Positions 1-9,936 of a stretch of 64,000 nucleotides of DNA are shown piece by piece. Under the pieces are notes generated by a model that was given only the letters and a program-made list of their open reading frames with translations, had not been told where the DNA came from and did not search any database. Each line of letters opens with the position of its first letter. Position 1 is the first letter of the stretch. Source of the stretch: a virus; the IMG/VR virus record IMGVR_UViG_3300045988_128835. One strand, written 5' to 3'. The position numbers were made by a program, and so were the translations under genes.

Positions 1-48
1 CGAGATTAGCGAGTGTCTCGTGGGCTCGGAGATGTGTATAAGAGACAG
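1..48. other. Illumina Nextera i7 adapter remnant (P7 tail CGAGAT, 8-nt index TAGCGAGT, GTCTCGTGGGCTCGG, mosaic end AGATGTGTATAAGAGACAG); not biological sequence
   Basis: Exact match by eye to the Nextera read-2 adapter/mosaic end at the contig start; biological sequence begins at 49. Confidence 0.9.
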
Positions 49-188
49 ACTTTACTGATAGTGATTAAGACAGAAGAAGTGCCAAGATGGTTAATGAACT
101 TACCATATACGCTGTCTTTAACGGCGTTATCTTTTTCAAGTATATCGCTTATATCTAAATACATATCGCTTGTATCGAAATATAAAAA

Positions 189-704
189 GTGGAAAAGAAA
201 TTGTACGTCTGCGAAAAATGCGGACGAAAAGTAATGATAAGAAGTCATGGCTTATGCCAGGCTTGCAGGAGCAAAGAGTTGACTCCGAAGAAAAAAGACA
301 GAATTACATCCATTAAAAACAGCAGCAAGAAGAAAAAGTTAGAGAACCCGGATTTATCCGGGTTTTTTCGTCTTATGTTGGAGGAGTTGAGTACTATTCG
401 AATGTCTATGACCGGTAAGGCTATTCATTTTCCTACAGTATGTAACGTATGTCACATACTTCCGAAAAGGATATATAAGTCGGTTGCTACTTGCAGGGAT
501 AATATAGTTTTCCTTCATGAATCGGAGCATACGGTATTCGACATGTATCTTGACCGGATGGAATTTGATAAACTTGAAACAGAATTTCCTTTTGTGTGGA
601 AGTATGCGGTAAAGAAGGTACTGGATATGGAAAGCAGGGGAATGATTAAAGAAAGAGGTAGATTAATTATTGAAATAATTGACAGATATGAGAAAACTTT
701 ATAA
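189..704 (+). CDS. hypothetical zinc-ribbon protein (CEKCGRK...CQAC)
   Basis: 171-aa ORF with an N-terminal CxxC...CxxC; no conflicting ORF other than the adapter-derived one. Confidence 0.45.
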   Translation: MEKKLYVCEKCGRKVMIRSHGLCQACRSKELTPKKKDRITSIKNSSKKKKLENPDLSGFFRLMLEELSTIRMSMTGKAIHFPTVCNVCHILPKRIYKSVATCRDNIVFLHESEHTVFDMYLDRMEFDKLETEFPFVWKYAVKKVLDMESRGMIKERGRLIIEIIDRYEKTL

Positions 705-860
705 AATAAGAATAGAAGCTGACGATGAAACTATCTTTTATGCTCACATACGAAGAGAGAGTTATGGCAAGGATATAGCTATCGCAGTGAAAGATAGAGA
801 TAAAGATGAAGTGGAAACAGTGTTACATTGTATTAAAGAAGAATTGATTAGAGGAAGATC

Positions 861-2177
861 ATGAAAGAGAAAATAAAAATATTGACAGATTTAGGGTTTG
901 CGCCTATGGTAGAAGGAGAAGGAAATACGTTGTTTAGAATGAACGATGTTGTGATGTCGGTGTCAGATCCTAACCAAACACCAGAGCAGTTGAAGAAGGA
1001 GGTTATGTCTTTAATAAAGAACAGAGACATAGCGGAAAGAGGTGGACAGGTTCCAGTAGTTGAAGAGCCGGCGCCTGAGCCAGAGCCGGTCCAGAAGGAG
1101 GAACCGGAAGCTCAGGCGGAGGAAGCCGCTCCTAACCCTGGAGAAGAAGATTCGAATCCGTTTACAGAAAATCAGGAAACATTAGAGCCGTTTTATATCT
1201 GTGATGAGTTAAAGAAGATTGAGACCCCCAAATTCGTAAGATTGACATTAGACGATAATCGTTTTTATGTAAGAAAGATGGATGATGGGACGGCTAAGAT
1301 ATATGCTTCGGTAACAACTTTAATCAAAGATGGGTATGTAGATGATAAGACAGCACTTCAGGAATGGAAGCAAGAGATAAAGATGCTTGGTCGCAATCCA
1401 GAAGAGGTAGCGCAGTATGAAGCCGATAAGGGAACGATCATGCACTACTTATACGGATTGTACCTAACAGGTAGAGATATGGTCTTAAATCGAAGCTTTG
1501 TGGTTAAGACAGTGCAAGAAGGCAAGCTGAAGATATCTAAGAAAAATCTTGATCGGTTCTTTAATAGCATAGATGATCTTGACGATATGATTGTCAGGGT
1601 CATGAAGTTTGCCAAATTCTGTTCTGATTACAAGGTGAAACCGATGATGATAGAAAGAATCCTTTCTTTAGAGGATTACCTTGTAGCAACACCTATTGAT
1701 GCGATGGTTAAAATGACATTCAAATACAAAGAAGAAGGTTATTTTGGAGCCGTGTATCAAAGGGCTACCGGACAGTTCAAAAAAGGTGATCCGAAGAAGG
1801 AAGTAAGAGAAGTGGAAAAAGAAGAAGTGGTCATTCTTGACTTTAAATCGGGAGGAATATGGGAATCATATGCATTCCAATTGGAAGCTGAAAGAAGAAT
1901 GGTTAAAGCATGGTATGGCATTGATGCACGTATTATGAACTTTTCTCCAAAAAGCACGAGCAGTAAAGGATATACGCTGAAAGAATGGACAGAAGACAGT
2001 GTAGCACTTGAAAAGGCGGACTGTGTGTTCCAACAAGGTATGTTGAATCACCTTAGAAAAGATAAGAAATTCAAAGTGAGAAAAGGGGTGTTGAATATCA
2101 ATAAACCATACAATGAAGAGGATCATACGGTTGTATATGATATTGCAGAGGAAATATCTAAAAGGTTCATGATATAA
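861..2177 (+). CDS. RecB-family PD-(D/E)XK nuclease-like protein with an acidic, proline-rich N-terminal linker
   Basis: 438-aa ORF; IDAM...VILDFKSG resembles the hhDYKTG motif III of RecB/lambda-Exo/YqaJ nucleases; low-complexity PEPEPEP/EAQAEEA region. Confidence 0.5.
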   Translation: MKEKIKILTDLGFAPMVEGEGNTLFRMNDVVMSVSDPNQTPEQLKKEVMSLIKNRDIAERGGQVPVVEEPAPEPEPVQKEEPEAQAEEAAPNPGEEDSNPFTENQETLEPFYICDELKKIETPKFVRLTLDDNRFYVRKMDDGTAKIYASVTTLIKDGYVDDKTALQEWKQEIKMLGRNPEEVAQYEADKGTIMHYLYGLYLTGRDMVLNRSFVVKTVQEGKLKISKKNLDRFFNSIDDLDDMIVRVMKFAKFCSDYKVKPMMIERILSLEDYLVATPIDAMVKMTFKYKEEGYFGAVYQRATGQFKKGDPKKEVREVEKEEVVILDFKSGGIWESYAFQLEAERRMVKAWYGIDARIMNFSPKSTSSKGYTLKEWTEDSVALEKADCVFQQGMLNHLRKDKKFKVRKGVLNINKPYNEEDHTVVYDIAEEISKRFMI

Positions 2178-2199
2178 AAAGCAATGAGAGGAGCTAAGG

Positions 2200-3213
2200 A
2201 TGCTTGATTTTAGAAAATACGAAAACGTACCTCGGTTTCAACTTGACCGCAGGCCTGGCAGGAGCCGACTGAAGCTAACCTGCCCGGCTTGCGGGAAAAG
2301 CCGGTGCCTTACCCCTTATATTGATGTGGCGACCGGTCAGGTCGTTGGCAATGAGTTTGGAAGATGCGATCATGAACGAACTTGCGGTTATGATAAACGA
2401 CCTACCGGCAAGGATGTAGGTGACAAAGATCTTTGGATTTCGGGAAATAAGTGCATAAGAGCTTATCGTCCTCCTGTAAATCCTGACGTTGTAAATTACA
2501 TACCTTTTAGCGAGTTTGAGAGGACTGTAGTTCCAGACGATAGAAACACCGTATTTAGATTTTTATCGTCTCTATGGGGAAAAGAAAGGGTATCTGACGT
2601 ATTTAGAAGGTATCATGTTGGAACAATGGACTTATGGGGATGGAAAGGGTGTTGTATATTCTGGCAGATAGATAAGGACTTTGTATGCAGAACCGGCAAG
2701 ATTATGGATTTTTATATAAAGACCGACAGCCAGGGGAATGAGATTGATGTAAAAAGAGTGAAGGAAAAAGACGGTGACAATGAGCGACCTCATGTCATGT
2801 TTTATCACTCGTTGCATGCAAGAGACTTCTTGTTTAGACAATGCCTGTTTGGAGAACATCTTCTAAGCCAGTATCCAGATAAGGTAGTTAATTTGGTGGA
2901 GTCAGAAAAGACGGCTATTATATGCGCCGTGAATAAACCAGATGAGTTGTTTGTAGCTACCGGTGGGTTGCAGAACTTAAGACCGGAAGTGATAGATGTT
3001 TTAAAAGATAGAAAGACTGTAGCTTTTCCGGACAAAGGACAAGCATTTGACACATGGAGTAAAAAGATAGATGGGATGATGATGAAGTCAAGGATAAAAG
3101 TATCGGACTATCTTCAGAGTGTTGAGAATGTAGGGGACGGAGATGATGTGGCAGATTTGATAATTAATAACAAAGTAAAAGAGAAATATTATGAGCCTGG
3201 ACGTTTATATTAA
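2200..3213 (+). CDS. DNA primase (N-terminal zinc finger plus TOPRIM-like domain)
   Basis: CPACGKSRC...CDHERTC zinc-binding cluster; LVESEKTAII...VAFPDKGQAF is TOPRIM-like (conserved Glu, then acidic motif). Confidence 0.55.
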   Translation: MLDFRKYENVPRFQLDRRPGRSRLKLTCPACGKSRCLTPYIDVATGQVVGNEFGRCDHERTCGYDKRPTGKDVGDKDLWISGNKCIRAYRPPVNPDVVNYIPFSEFERTVVPDDRNTVFRFLSSLWGKERVSDVFRRYHVGTMDLWGWKGCCIFWQIDKDFVCRTGKIMDFYIKTDSQGNEIDVKRVKEKDGDNERPHVMFYHSLHARDFLFRQCLFGEHLLSQYPDKVVNLVESEKTAIICAVNKPDELFVATGGLQNLRPEVIDVLKDRKTVAFPDKGQAFDTWSKKIDGMMMKSRIKVSDYLQSVENVGDGDDVADLIINNKVKEKYYEPGRLY

Positions 3214-3544
3214 GAGCAAGAAGAAAGAAGAGGATCGTAAATGGGTTGCAAACATCACCCACAACATGAACAAGATGGCACAAAAAATATTCGTATCAGA
3301 AAACAAAGAAACACTATACGATTATGTTTGGAGACCGGAAGAATTGGGCAGGGAAATAGATACTAAGGAGATGGTGAAGATACTCACAAAAGGTATATAT
3401 ATTATGATCTCCAAGAGAAAGAGTCTTTTGAGATACGAACCAGAAAACGGATGGGGGTCTTATGATTCATTTCTTAAGTTTCTTATCGAATACAAAGAGG
3501 CATGTGAAGATAATCCAGGGTGTGTAATTGAAGCAAGTAGATAA
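3191..3544 (+). CDS. hypothetical protein
   Basis: 117-aa ORF, start overlaps the preceding gene (coupled). Confidence 0.4.
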   Translation: MSLDVYIKSKKKEEDRKWVANITHNMNKMAQKIFVSENKETLYDYVWRPEELGREIDTKEMVKILTKGIYIMISKRKSLLRYEPENGWGSYDSFLKFLIEYKEACEDNPGCVIEASR

Positions 3545-3806
3545 CAACATGGAAAATTATAAAAACACTTTAAACGAGGTAGTGGTGATCGAATCATCAC
3601 CAGAAACGTATTTTGTTTACGCTATTCGTAATGCTATTCGTATCTCTAAATGTGCGTATCCTACAGCCAAGAAAGTAATTTTCAAAAGAGAGGACGTAGA
3701 GGTGGAGATCTCGGAAATGGAAACTGAAAGCAGTTTGTATGAAAAGTTTAAAGAGAAACAAAAGGATAGAGTATGGAACTCAATGTGCGGCAACAACGGA
3801 TTTTAA
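3528..3806 (+). CDS. hypothetical protein
   Basis: 92-aa ORF in the operon context. Confidence 0.35.
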   Translation: MKQVDNNMENYKNTLNEVVVIESSPETYFVYAIRNAIRISKCAYPTAKKVIFKREDVEVEISEMETESSLYEKFKEKQKDRVWNSMCGNNGF

Positions 3807-4339
3807 GAGGCGAAATTTGCCCTTATTGCGGAAGAGAAACCGAGTTGGTCAATGCCGATAAAATATATAGCAGAAAAGGCTTAGGGATGGTTATGATGTG
3901 TAAACCATGCAACGCTTATGTCGGTGTTCATGAATCAGGGCCGAATAAGGGAAAAGCTAAAGGCCGGCTTGCGGGGCCATCACTGAGGTCTCTTAAGATA
4001 AGAGTCCATGCCGAACTTGATAGACTATGGTCTACGCCAGAGGAACGGGAAAGGATGTATAAAGATTTATCTGAATTTCTCGCTATACCGGAAGAGTACA
4101 CACATATAGGTATGTTTGGCGAGAAGACGATGGGAAAAGTCTTTCAGTTCTGTCATGTAAACAAAGAACGATCAGGTTCGAGAATAGAATGGCATAAACC
4201 TGGAGATAAGTGCCCTAATAAGAACAATCAAATAGTGTCAGGCAGTAGCGCATGCAGAGGATGCCCTGAGTATCTCCATGATGAGAAAGACGGGTATGTC
4301 TGGTGTGATCCCGATATGAGCTACGGCAGGTTGAAATAG
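3773..4339 (+). CDS. zinc-ribbon protein (CPYCG...CKPC; C-terminal CRGCPEY...C)
   Basis: 188-aa ORF with two Cys clusters. Confidence 0.45.
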   Translation: MELNVRQQRILRGEICPYCGRETELVNADKIYSRKGLGMVMMCKPCNAYVGVHESGPNKGKAKGRLAGPSLRSLKIRVHAELDRLWSTPEERERMYKDLSEFLAIPEEYTHIGMFGEKTMGKVFQFCHVNKERSGSRIEWHKPGDKCPNKNNQIVSGSSACRGCPEYLHDEKDGYVWCDPDMSYGRLK

Positions 4340-4391
4340 GACGCGAATTACCTATCTTTGTGCTATTATTCATCAAAAAAAATATAAGCAC

Positions 4392-4670
4392 ATGGGTAGA
4401 TCGACAGAGTACTACAGGACTCATCCCGAAGCCAGGAAGAAAAAGGCTAAAAAGGACAAGGAGATAAATGCCAGACCGGAACAGAAAGCCAAACGCCGGG
4501 AGCTTGGTCGTAAAAACTACGAAACGGACAAGAAGAAAGGCAAAAGCTGGAGGAAAGGCAAAGATTGTTCTCATACCAAAAACGGTCTTAGGTATAAATC
4601 AGTAAAAGCTAATAGGGGATCCAAATCGGATACAAAAGGTGACAAAAATGCACGAGGAGATAGCAAATAG
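4392..4670 (+). CDS. highly basic Lys/Arg-rich small protein, possibly nucleic-acid-binding
   Basis: 92 aa, roughly 40 percent K/R. Confidence 0.4.
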   Translation: MGRSTEYYRTHPEARKKKAKKDKEINARPEQKAKRRELGRKNYETDKKKGKSWRKGKDCSHTKNGLRYKSVKANRGSKSDTKGDKNARGDSK

Positions 4671-5772
4671 GATAGATATAAGAAGGATATTCAAAACCTC
4701 CAAACAGGTTATGGAAGAGGCGTATGAGAATATCTTAAAATACAGGCGGGGAGAGCTTATCCCCGCTAAAACCGGATACGATTATATTGATGAGGCTTTG
4801 CTTGGAGGTATTTTCCCTCAGCATGCTATTGCCATAGGGGCTCGGCCATCTGTGGGTAAATCGTATGTGGCCCAAAAGATATTGGAAAATGTGATGAATC
4901 CGATGATCAACCCACAAGCAGAAGATTATTTTCTTGTCAATTGCGAGTTCGAAATGAATCCTCAAGATCTTCTTCTTCGCAGAATGAGTCAGGATATGAA
5001 AAAACGGGCTCCTGAAATATTAAGAAGGCAAGATTCTAATACAGTAGAAGAGATGAGGATGTTTGAAATCCTTCAAGGTGAAATCAGAAATAATATAATA
5101 TACATCGACGCTCCGTGTACGGTAAAAGAGTTTGAGGCGGCTGTATATCATATAGCTACTAAGCATAAAGACAAACGTCTTATAATATTTAAAGTCGATC
5201 ATATTGCTTTGATAAAAAGAATGGGATTGGATCCTAAGTCGGCTATAGATGATTTGGTGGCGGTTATGAACGAAGCTAAATTAGTATATAAAAACATATT
5301 TTTCCTCATCATATCCCAATTCAACAGAGAGATAGAAGGAAGGATAAAAAGCCCACAAGAGCAGCCTCCGCGTCTTTCTGATTTTTACCAATCTGATACG
5401 CTGGGTCAGTTATGTACGTTAATGATAGGTTTGCACAATCCTCGTAGGTACGGGCTGGATAAGTATATGATATTTGGGAAAGATTGGTATCAGACTCTTG
5501 ACCGGTTTAAAACTGAAAACAAAACATCATTCAGGACAGCCGGACTGGTGTTTCATCATATACTGAAGGTAAGGCAAGTTAGTATGGAAGAGCTTACTAA
5601 TACAATCCACCCAGAGATCCTGCCGGGGCATGGATGGATGTACGGGGAGGGAGGGACGAAGTTCGTGAACCCCAACCAGCCGCCGACGCCGCCCAAGCTC
5701 TATACTGTGGAAGACGTTACGGACAATCAGGAACAAGAACAAGAGACAAAAGAAGAACAGTCAGTATATTAA
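4639..5772 (+). CDS. DnaB-family replicative helicase (RecA-fold core only, no N-terminal domain)
   Basis: Walker A GARPSVGKS matches the DnaB signature GxRPxMGKT; Walker B-like IIFKVDH; helicase and primase are adjacent. Confidence 0.6.
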   Translation: MTKMHEEIANRIDIRRIFKTSKQVMEEAYENILKYRRGELIPAKTGYDYIDEALLGGIFPQHAIAIGARPSVGKSYVAQKILENVMNPMINPQAEDYFLVNCEFEMNPQDLLLRRMSQDMKKRAPEILRRQDSNTVEEMRMFEILQGEIRNNIIYIDAPCTVKEFEAAVYHIATKHKDKRLIIFKVDHIALIKRMGLDPKSAIDDLVAVMNEAKLVYKNIFFLIISQFNREIEGRIKSPQEQPPRLSDFYQSDTLGQLCTLMIGLHNPRRYGLDKYMIFGKDWYQTLDRFKTENKTSFRTAGLVFHHILKVRQVSMEELTNTIHPEILPGHGWMYGEGGTKFVNPNQPPTPPKLYTVEDVTDNQEQEQETKEEQSVY

Positions 5773-5786
5773 AAAAAAAGAAACGT

Positions 5787-6389
5787 ATGAGACTTACTGT
5801 AGAAGAAAACGAATACCTGATAAGTAAGTTCCTTTTGGTTCTTACTGAGTTTGCGGGGGATGAGAGAGAGATGTTTTTAATCAACTCCATACATGACAAG
5901 GCGGTGGCGGATATGAATTATCGTCTTCCGTCTTTAATAAGCAGAGAACGTAAAAGACGAGTCATTGAGCTCCTTAAAGAAGGGACCAGAATAATCAAGG
6001 ACTTTTCCGGCTATGCAGGTGATATGGGTATGATTAACGAATACGATCGTCTAAAGAAAGAAATAGGAACCGTCCAAGATCAGCTTGGTGACGTAGAAGG
6101 TCAACTTCGGGCAGCAGGAGAAGTTATTAAAAAAGAACTTGATATGATTGCTGACCGAATCAAAGAAGATCTTCTTGATCGAGAACTGGCTAAAAGTAAT
6201 GCCGAGGCTGAAAGAAAAGCCAAAGTAGATCCGAGATACGAAGTAGCTTTAGGTGATTACAAGGAGATGCTGGAAGTGATTTTTACAACCAGAAACAAGT
6301 ATTCTACGGTAGATTCTGTACATGACGATCTTCGACAGTCGGTATCTACCGGTAGAAATTCGATTATTAAAGAAGGGTACAACAGTTAA
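5787..6389 (+). CDS. hypothetical coiled-coil protein
   Basis: ORF from the track trimmed to the first ATG after the upstream stop (MRLTVEENEY...). Confidence 0.45.
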   Translation: MRLTVEENEYLISKFLLVLTEFAGDEREMFLINSIHDKAVADMNYRLPSLISRERKRRVIELLKEGTRIIKDFSGYAGDMGMINEYDRLKKEIGTVQDQLGDVEGQLRAAGEVIKKELDMIADRIKEDLLDRELAKSNAEAERKAKVDPRYEVALGDYKEMLEVIFTTRNKYSTVDSVHDDLRQSVSTGRNSIIKEGYNS

Positions 6390-6404
6390 AAACAAGGAGG
6401 GAAT

Positions 6405-6602
6405 ATGGAAAAGAAGGAATTTAAAGTAGGAGAAGTATTTGCTGCCGGACTTGTAAGATTAAAATGTGTGGAAGGTGATACATGCGATAGGTGTATATTT
6501 GAAAAATACAATTATTGTTCATGTACAGACATGATTATTGGTCCATGTGAACATATTGATAGACAAGATAACAAGAATGTTATTTTCATTAAAGCTGATT
6601 AG
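6405..6602 (+). CDS. small Cys-rich protein
   Basis: 65 aa; AGGAGG-like ribosome binding site (aacaaggagggaat) upstream; six Cys. Confidence 0.4.
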   Translation: MEKKEFKVGEVFAAGLVRLKCVEGDTCDRCIFEKYNYCSCTDMIIGPCEHIDRQDNKNVIFIKAD

Positions 6603-6604
6603 GT

Positions 6605-7318
6605 ATGTACATCAATTTCAGACAACTTGCAGCATCAGACATGACTCCTAATGATCTTGCTAATCTTCTTGCCATAAGACAGAAGGATACGGTTATGATC
6701 GAAGCCATGCCGGAAGAAGATGCTGGGAGGTATATAGAGCTTGGCCTGGTTGAGAAATTAAAATCAGGCGTGATGAGATTGACCAACAAAGGAACGTCTT
6801 TTGTGAATTATATAGAGACACCGGAAATGACAGACGAGGTTCTGGAAACGTTGAAGATTATGATAGGAATGTACGAATCGTATTCAAAAGACATAGGTGT
6901 CAGCAGAAAAGAAGCGGAATCCAGATTGTGTTGGTTTATGGGTAACACCTCATTCAAGAAAGAGGTCATACTTCAGGTAACGGAATATTATATAGCAGAG
7001 TCAGGAGATTATACAATGAGCTTATGTAACTTCATATGGAAACCGCCTTCTCAGGCTTTTTCAGTTCATATGAACCTTAAAAATTCAAAGCTCTTTGACT
7101 TAATAGCTGAAAAATTTAAGATCGCTACCGAGCCTTATTTGGAGCCTAAGAAGAATAAGGAAATGGATTGGTTGTTTGCCGTATCTAAATTGCCTACGCC
7201 GCCGGCTAAAGGCAATCCGGATTATTTGTTTACCGGAAGTGCGGAAACAGACAAAGAACGATTGAAAAACATAAAAACATATTTATTTAACAAAATTAGA
7301 AAGCAATGGAAAAAGTAA
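6605..7318 (+). CDS. hypothetical protein
   Basis: 237-aa ORF immediately upstream of, and overlapping, the acyl carrier protein gene. Confidence 0.5.
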   Translation: MYINFRQLAASDMTPNDLANLLAIRQKDTVMIEAMPEEDAGRYIELGLVEKLKSGVMRLTNKGTSFVNYIETPEMTDEVLETLKIMIGMYESYSKDIGVSRKEAESRLCWFMGNTSFKKEVILQVTEYYIAESGDYTMSLCNFIWKPPSQAFSVHMNLKNSKLFDLIAEKFKIATEPYLEPKKNKEMDWLFAVSKLPTPPAKGNPDYLFTGSAETDKERLKNIKTYLFNKIRKQWKK

Positions 7319-7557
7319 GAATTAGAAAGATAATAGAGGATATAATTATTACTCAGTTTCTTAATTCGGAAATGGATATAGTTCATGAAGAAGATGTGTC
7401 GTTTAAAGAACTTGGATTAGATTCTATTGATCGAATTGAGCTTGATGCGATGGTGGAACAAAAATTCAATATCGTTATTATTGATTATGATACAGAATCC
7501 ATCAAAGATATGACTGATCTTGTTTACAAAATAATAACAGAAGGATATGGGAAATGA
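7306..7557 (+). CDS. acyl carrier protein (phosphopantetheine-attachment motif LGLDSIDRIEL)
   Basis: 83-aa acidic protein with the canonical DS(L/I)D serine motif at the expected position. Confidence 0.7.
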   Translation: MEKVRIRKIIEDIIITQFLNSEMDIVHEEDVSFKELGLDSIDRIELDAMVEQKFNIVIIDYDTESIKDMTDLVYKIITEGYGK

Positions 7558-8041
7558 TATAATTTTATGCATGGCTTTAATAGCGTCATTTGCTTTTGTT
7601 ATACAGTTTTTATTGTCGATATTAGGATCTGATCTGGATACGGATATTGACATTGATAACGCTTCTGATTTAAGCATGTCTTTGTCGGACATCATATCAT
7701 TCAAAGGCATAACACATTTTATTCTTGGATATAGCTGGACCACATACTTTTCGGGTTCCCATTTAATAGGGGTCGTAATAGGGTCGTTTTTCTTTATCGT
7801 TTTGTTTTACGTATATAAGTTACTTCTTAAGTTAAAGCAAGAAATGGTGTACGAATGTCCGGAAGATTTAAATGGCAGAGAAGTGGAGATAGTATTTAGA
7901 TCAGGGAAGAATCATTATATGGTAAATATTTCGAAAAATGGAAGACAGGAACAGATGAGAGTGAGGTGCTTGTCTGGAAAAAATTACAAAAACGGTGACA
8001 AGGTGAATATAAAATACGAAGAAGGAGAATTAAGTATCTAA
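7547..8041 (+). CDS. NfeD-like membrane protein (short form, YqiJ/YuaF-like: three TM helices plus C-terminal OB-fold beta domain)
   Basis: Three hydrophobic helices then a beta-rich tail (VEIVFRSGKNHYMVNI...GDKVNIKYEEGEL); lies immediately upstream of the SPFH gene. Confidence 0.6.
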   Translation: MGNDIILCMALIASFAFVIQFLLSILGSDLDTDIDIDNASDLSMSLSDIISFKGITHFILGYSWTTYFSGSHLIGVVIGSFFFIVLFYVYKLLLKLKQEMVYECPEDLNGREVEIVFRSGKNHYMVNISKNGRQEQMRVRCLSGKNYKNGDKVNIKYEEGELSI

Positions 8042-8072
8042 TTTTTTTATCAACAATTAAATTTTAAAAGTT

Positions 8073-9773
8073 ATGACAACAATCATGTACGTGTCAGCTA
8101 TTTTAGCTGTAGTGATTATTTTGACAATCATCGGAGTCTTATCAAGGTATCGTAGATGTAAGCCTAATCAAGTCTTGGTCGTTTATGGTAAGACAGGTGG
8201 GGAAAAGAAATCGGCGAAATTATATCATGGTGGAGCGGCATTTGTCTTGCCTATTATTCAAAGCTATGATGTTTTGTCAATGGAGCCTATGCAAATAGAT
8301 TGCAAGCTTACCGGTGCTTTGTCATCTCAGAATATTAGAGTAGATGTACCTACGACTATTACAGTAGCTATCAGTACAAATCCAGAAATCATGCAAAATG
8401 CGGCAGAAAGACTTTTGGGGATGGATACCGAATCTACTGAAAATCTTATTACGGACATCGTTTACGGTCAGATGCGTTTGATTATTGCTGAAATGACAAT
8501 CGAAAAACTTAATTCTGACAGGGATGAGTTTTTGGATAAGGCAAGAAAGAACATTGATAACGAACTTAACAAGTTAGGTCTTTACCTCCTGAACATCAAC
8601 ATCAGTGACATCAGAGACGAAGCCGGTTATATTATGAACCTTGGTAAGGAAGCTGAAAGTAGGGCTCTGAACGAGGCACAGGCTAATATTGAAGAACAGG
8701 AGAAGCTGGGTGCTATTAAGATTGCTGTACAGCAGAAGGAGAAAGAAACGGCTGTGGCTAATACCAAAAAAGAACAAGAGATTCAAATTGCTTGTACTGA
8801 AAAAGAAAAGGAAACGATAGTAGCTGAAACGAAGAAAGAAAAAGAAATAGCCTTGGCTTTAACCGATAAAGAGAAACAGATCGGCGTAGCTCAAGCAGAT
8901 AGAGACAGGGCTGCGGTTATCGCAAAAACTTTAACCGACAAGGAATCGGCGATTGTAAGATCTAAGGCAGAACTTGAAGTAAATAAAGCCGAGGCTGAAA
9001 GGATGGAAGAAGTCGGAAAAAATAAGGCTGAAGCTGACAAGGAAGCAGCTATAGCAATACAAGACTCTGAAGCTCAGATTAAGAAGGCTGAGGCTGAGAA
9101 AAATGCGTCTATAGGATACAACAATGCCCAGAAGGAGGTTGCTGTATCGGTATCAGAATTACAGATCATCAAAGCTCAATCAGAGAAGAAGGCCGGAGAA
9201 GAAAAAGTTAAATCGGAAGCGGCTGTAAAAACGGCAAAAGAACTTGCTGATAAAGAAGTGGAAGAAGCTAAGGCTAAGAAAGTTCAGGCTGCGCTTAAGG
9301 CTGAAAAGATTGTGCCGGCTGAAACCCAGAAGGAAGAGGCTATCTTGCAAGCTGATGCTGAGGCAGAGAAGATCAAACGCCGGGCTGAGGCAGAGGCAGC
9401 AGCACATTTGGCAAAAGCTGAGGCGGAGGCAAAAGCTATTCAGATGAAGCTGGAGGCAGAAGCCGAAGGTAAGAAAAAATCGTTGATGGCAGAAGCCGAC
9501 GGATTTAAGGCTATGGTGGAAGCAGCAGAATCCAATCCTCAGATCGCCATCCAGTACAAGATGGTTAATCAGTGGAAAGAAATTGCCGGAGAACAGGTTA
9601 AGGCATTTGAGCACATTAACCTCGGAAATATCACGGTATTTGACGGCGGTCAGAACAGTACCGGTAATTTCCTTAACAATGTTGTCAAGACCGTCGCTCC
9701 GGCATTGGGAGTCATTGATCAGCTTCCGATTGCAGATACTTTAAAGAAGTTAAAGGGAGATGACAAAAAATAA
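8073..9773 (+). CDS. flotillin-like SPFH/band-7 protein (YqiK/FloT-like: N-terminal TM, SPFH domain, long EA/KE coiled coil, C-terminal flotillin domain)
   Basis: N-terminal TM helix, SPFH-like core (VLVVYGKTGG...QIDCKLTG...IRVDVPTTITV), about 250 aa of Ala/Glu/Lys-rich coiled coil, C-terminal EADGFKAMVEA...NQWKEIAG. Confidence 0.8.
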   Translation: MTTIMYVSAILAVVIILTIIGVLSRYRRCKPNQVLVVYGKTGGEKKSAKLYHGGAAFVLPIIQSYDVLSMEPMQIDCKLTGALSSQNIRVDVPTTITVAISTNPEIMQNAAERLLGMDTESTENLITDIVYGQMRLIIAEMTIEKLNSDRDEFLDKARKNIDNELNKLGLYLLNINISDIRDEAGYIMNLGKEAESRALNEAQANIEEQEKLGAIKIAVQQKEKETAVANTKKEQEIQIACTEKEKETIVAETKKEKEIALALTDKEKQIGVAQADRDRAAVIAKTLTDKESAIVRSKAELEVNKAEAERMEEVGKNKAEADKEAAIAIQDSEAQIKKAEAEKNASIGYNNAQKEVAVSVSELQIIKAQSEKKAGEEKVKSEAAVKTAKELADKEVEEAKAKKVQAALKAEKIVPAETQKEEAILQADAEAEKIKRRAEAEAAAHLAKAEAEAKAIQMKLEAEAEGKKKSLMAEADGFKAMVEAAESNPQIAIQYKMVNQWKEIAGEQVKAFEHINLGNITVFDGGQNSTGNFLNNVVKTVAPALGVIDQLPIADTLKKLKGDDKK

Positions 9774-9936
9774 ATACAATGGCCCAAGGTTACACTTGGG
9801 CCTAATTGAAGAAATAAAAGCAGCATTCATAGATTTCCTGCCGGCGGAAACAGTGCTTTTAAGTGCTTTACTAATTACGATATTTTTAACATGGATTTTG
9901 GACAAGATTTAGAACCAGAAGAACTGACCAAGCATT

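Noticed and set aside
6-248. ORFs 6-248(-) and 13-234(+) at the contig start
   Set aside because: They run through the Nextera adapter (adapter-derived peptide ...LLYTSPSPRDTR) and overlap a more plausible plus-strand gene at 189-704.
9244-9447. KR-rich ORF (MLIKKWKKLRLRKFRLRLRLKRL...) and other internal or antisense ORFs within long genes (for example 9180-9614, 21036-21554, 38185-38460, 52317-52727, 62470-62980)
   Set aside because: They are frame shadows of repetitive coiled-coil or large coding regions on the same or opposite strand. Their low-complexity translations are not supported as genes.
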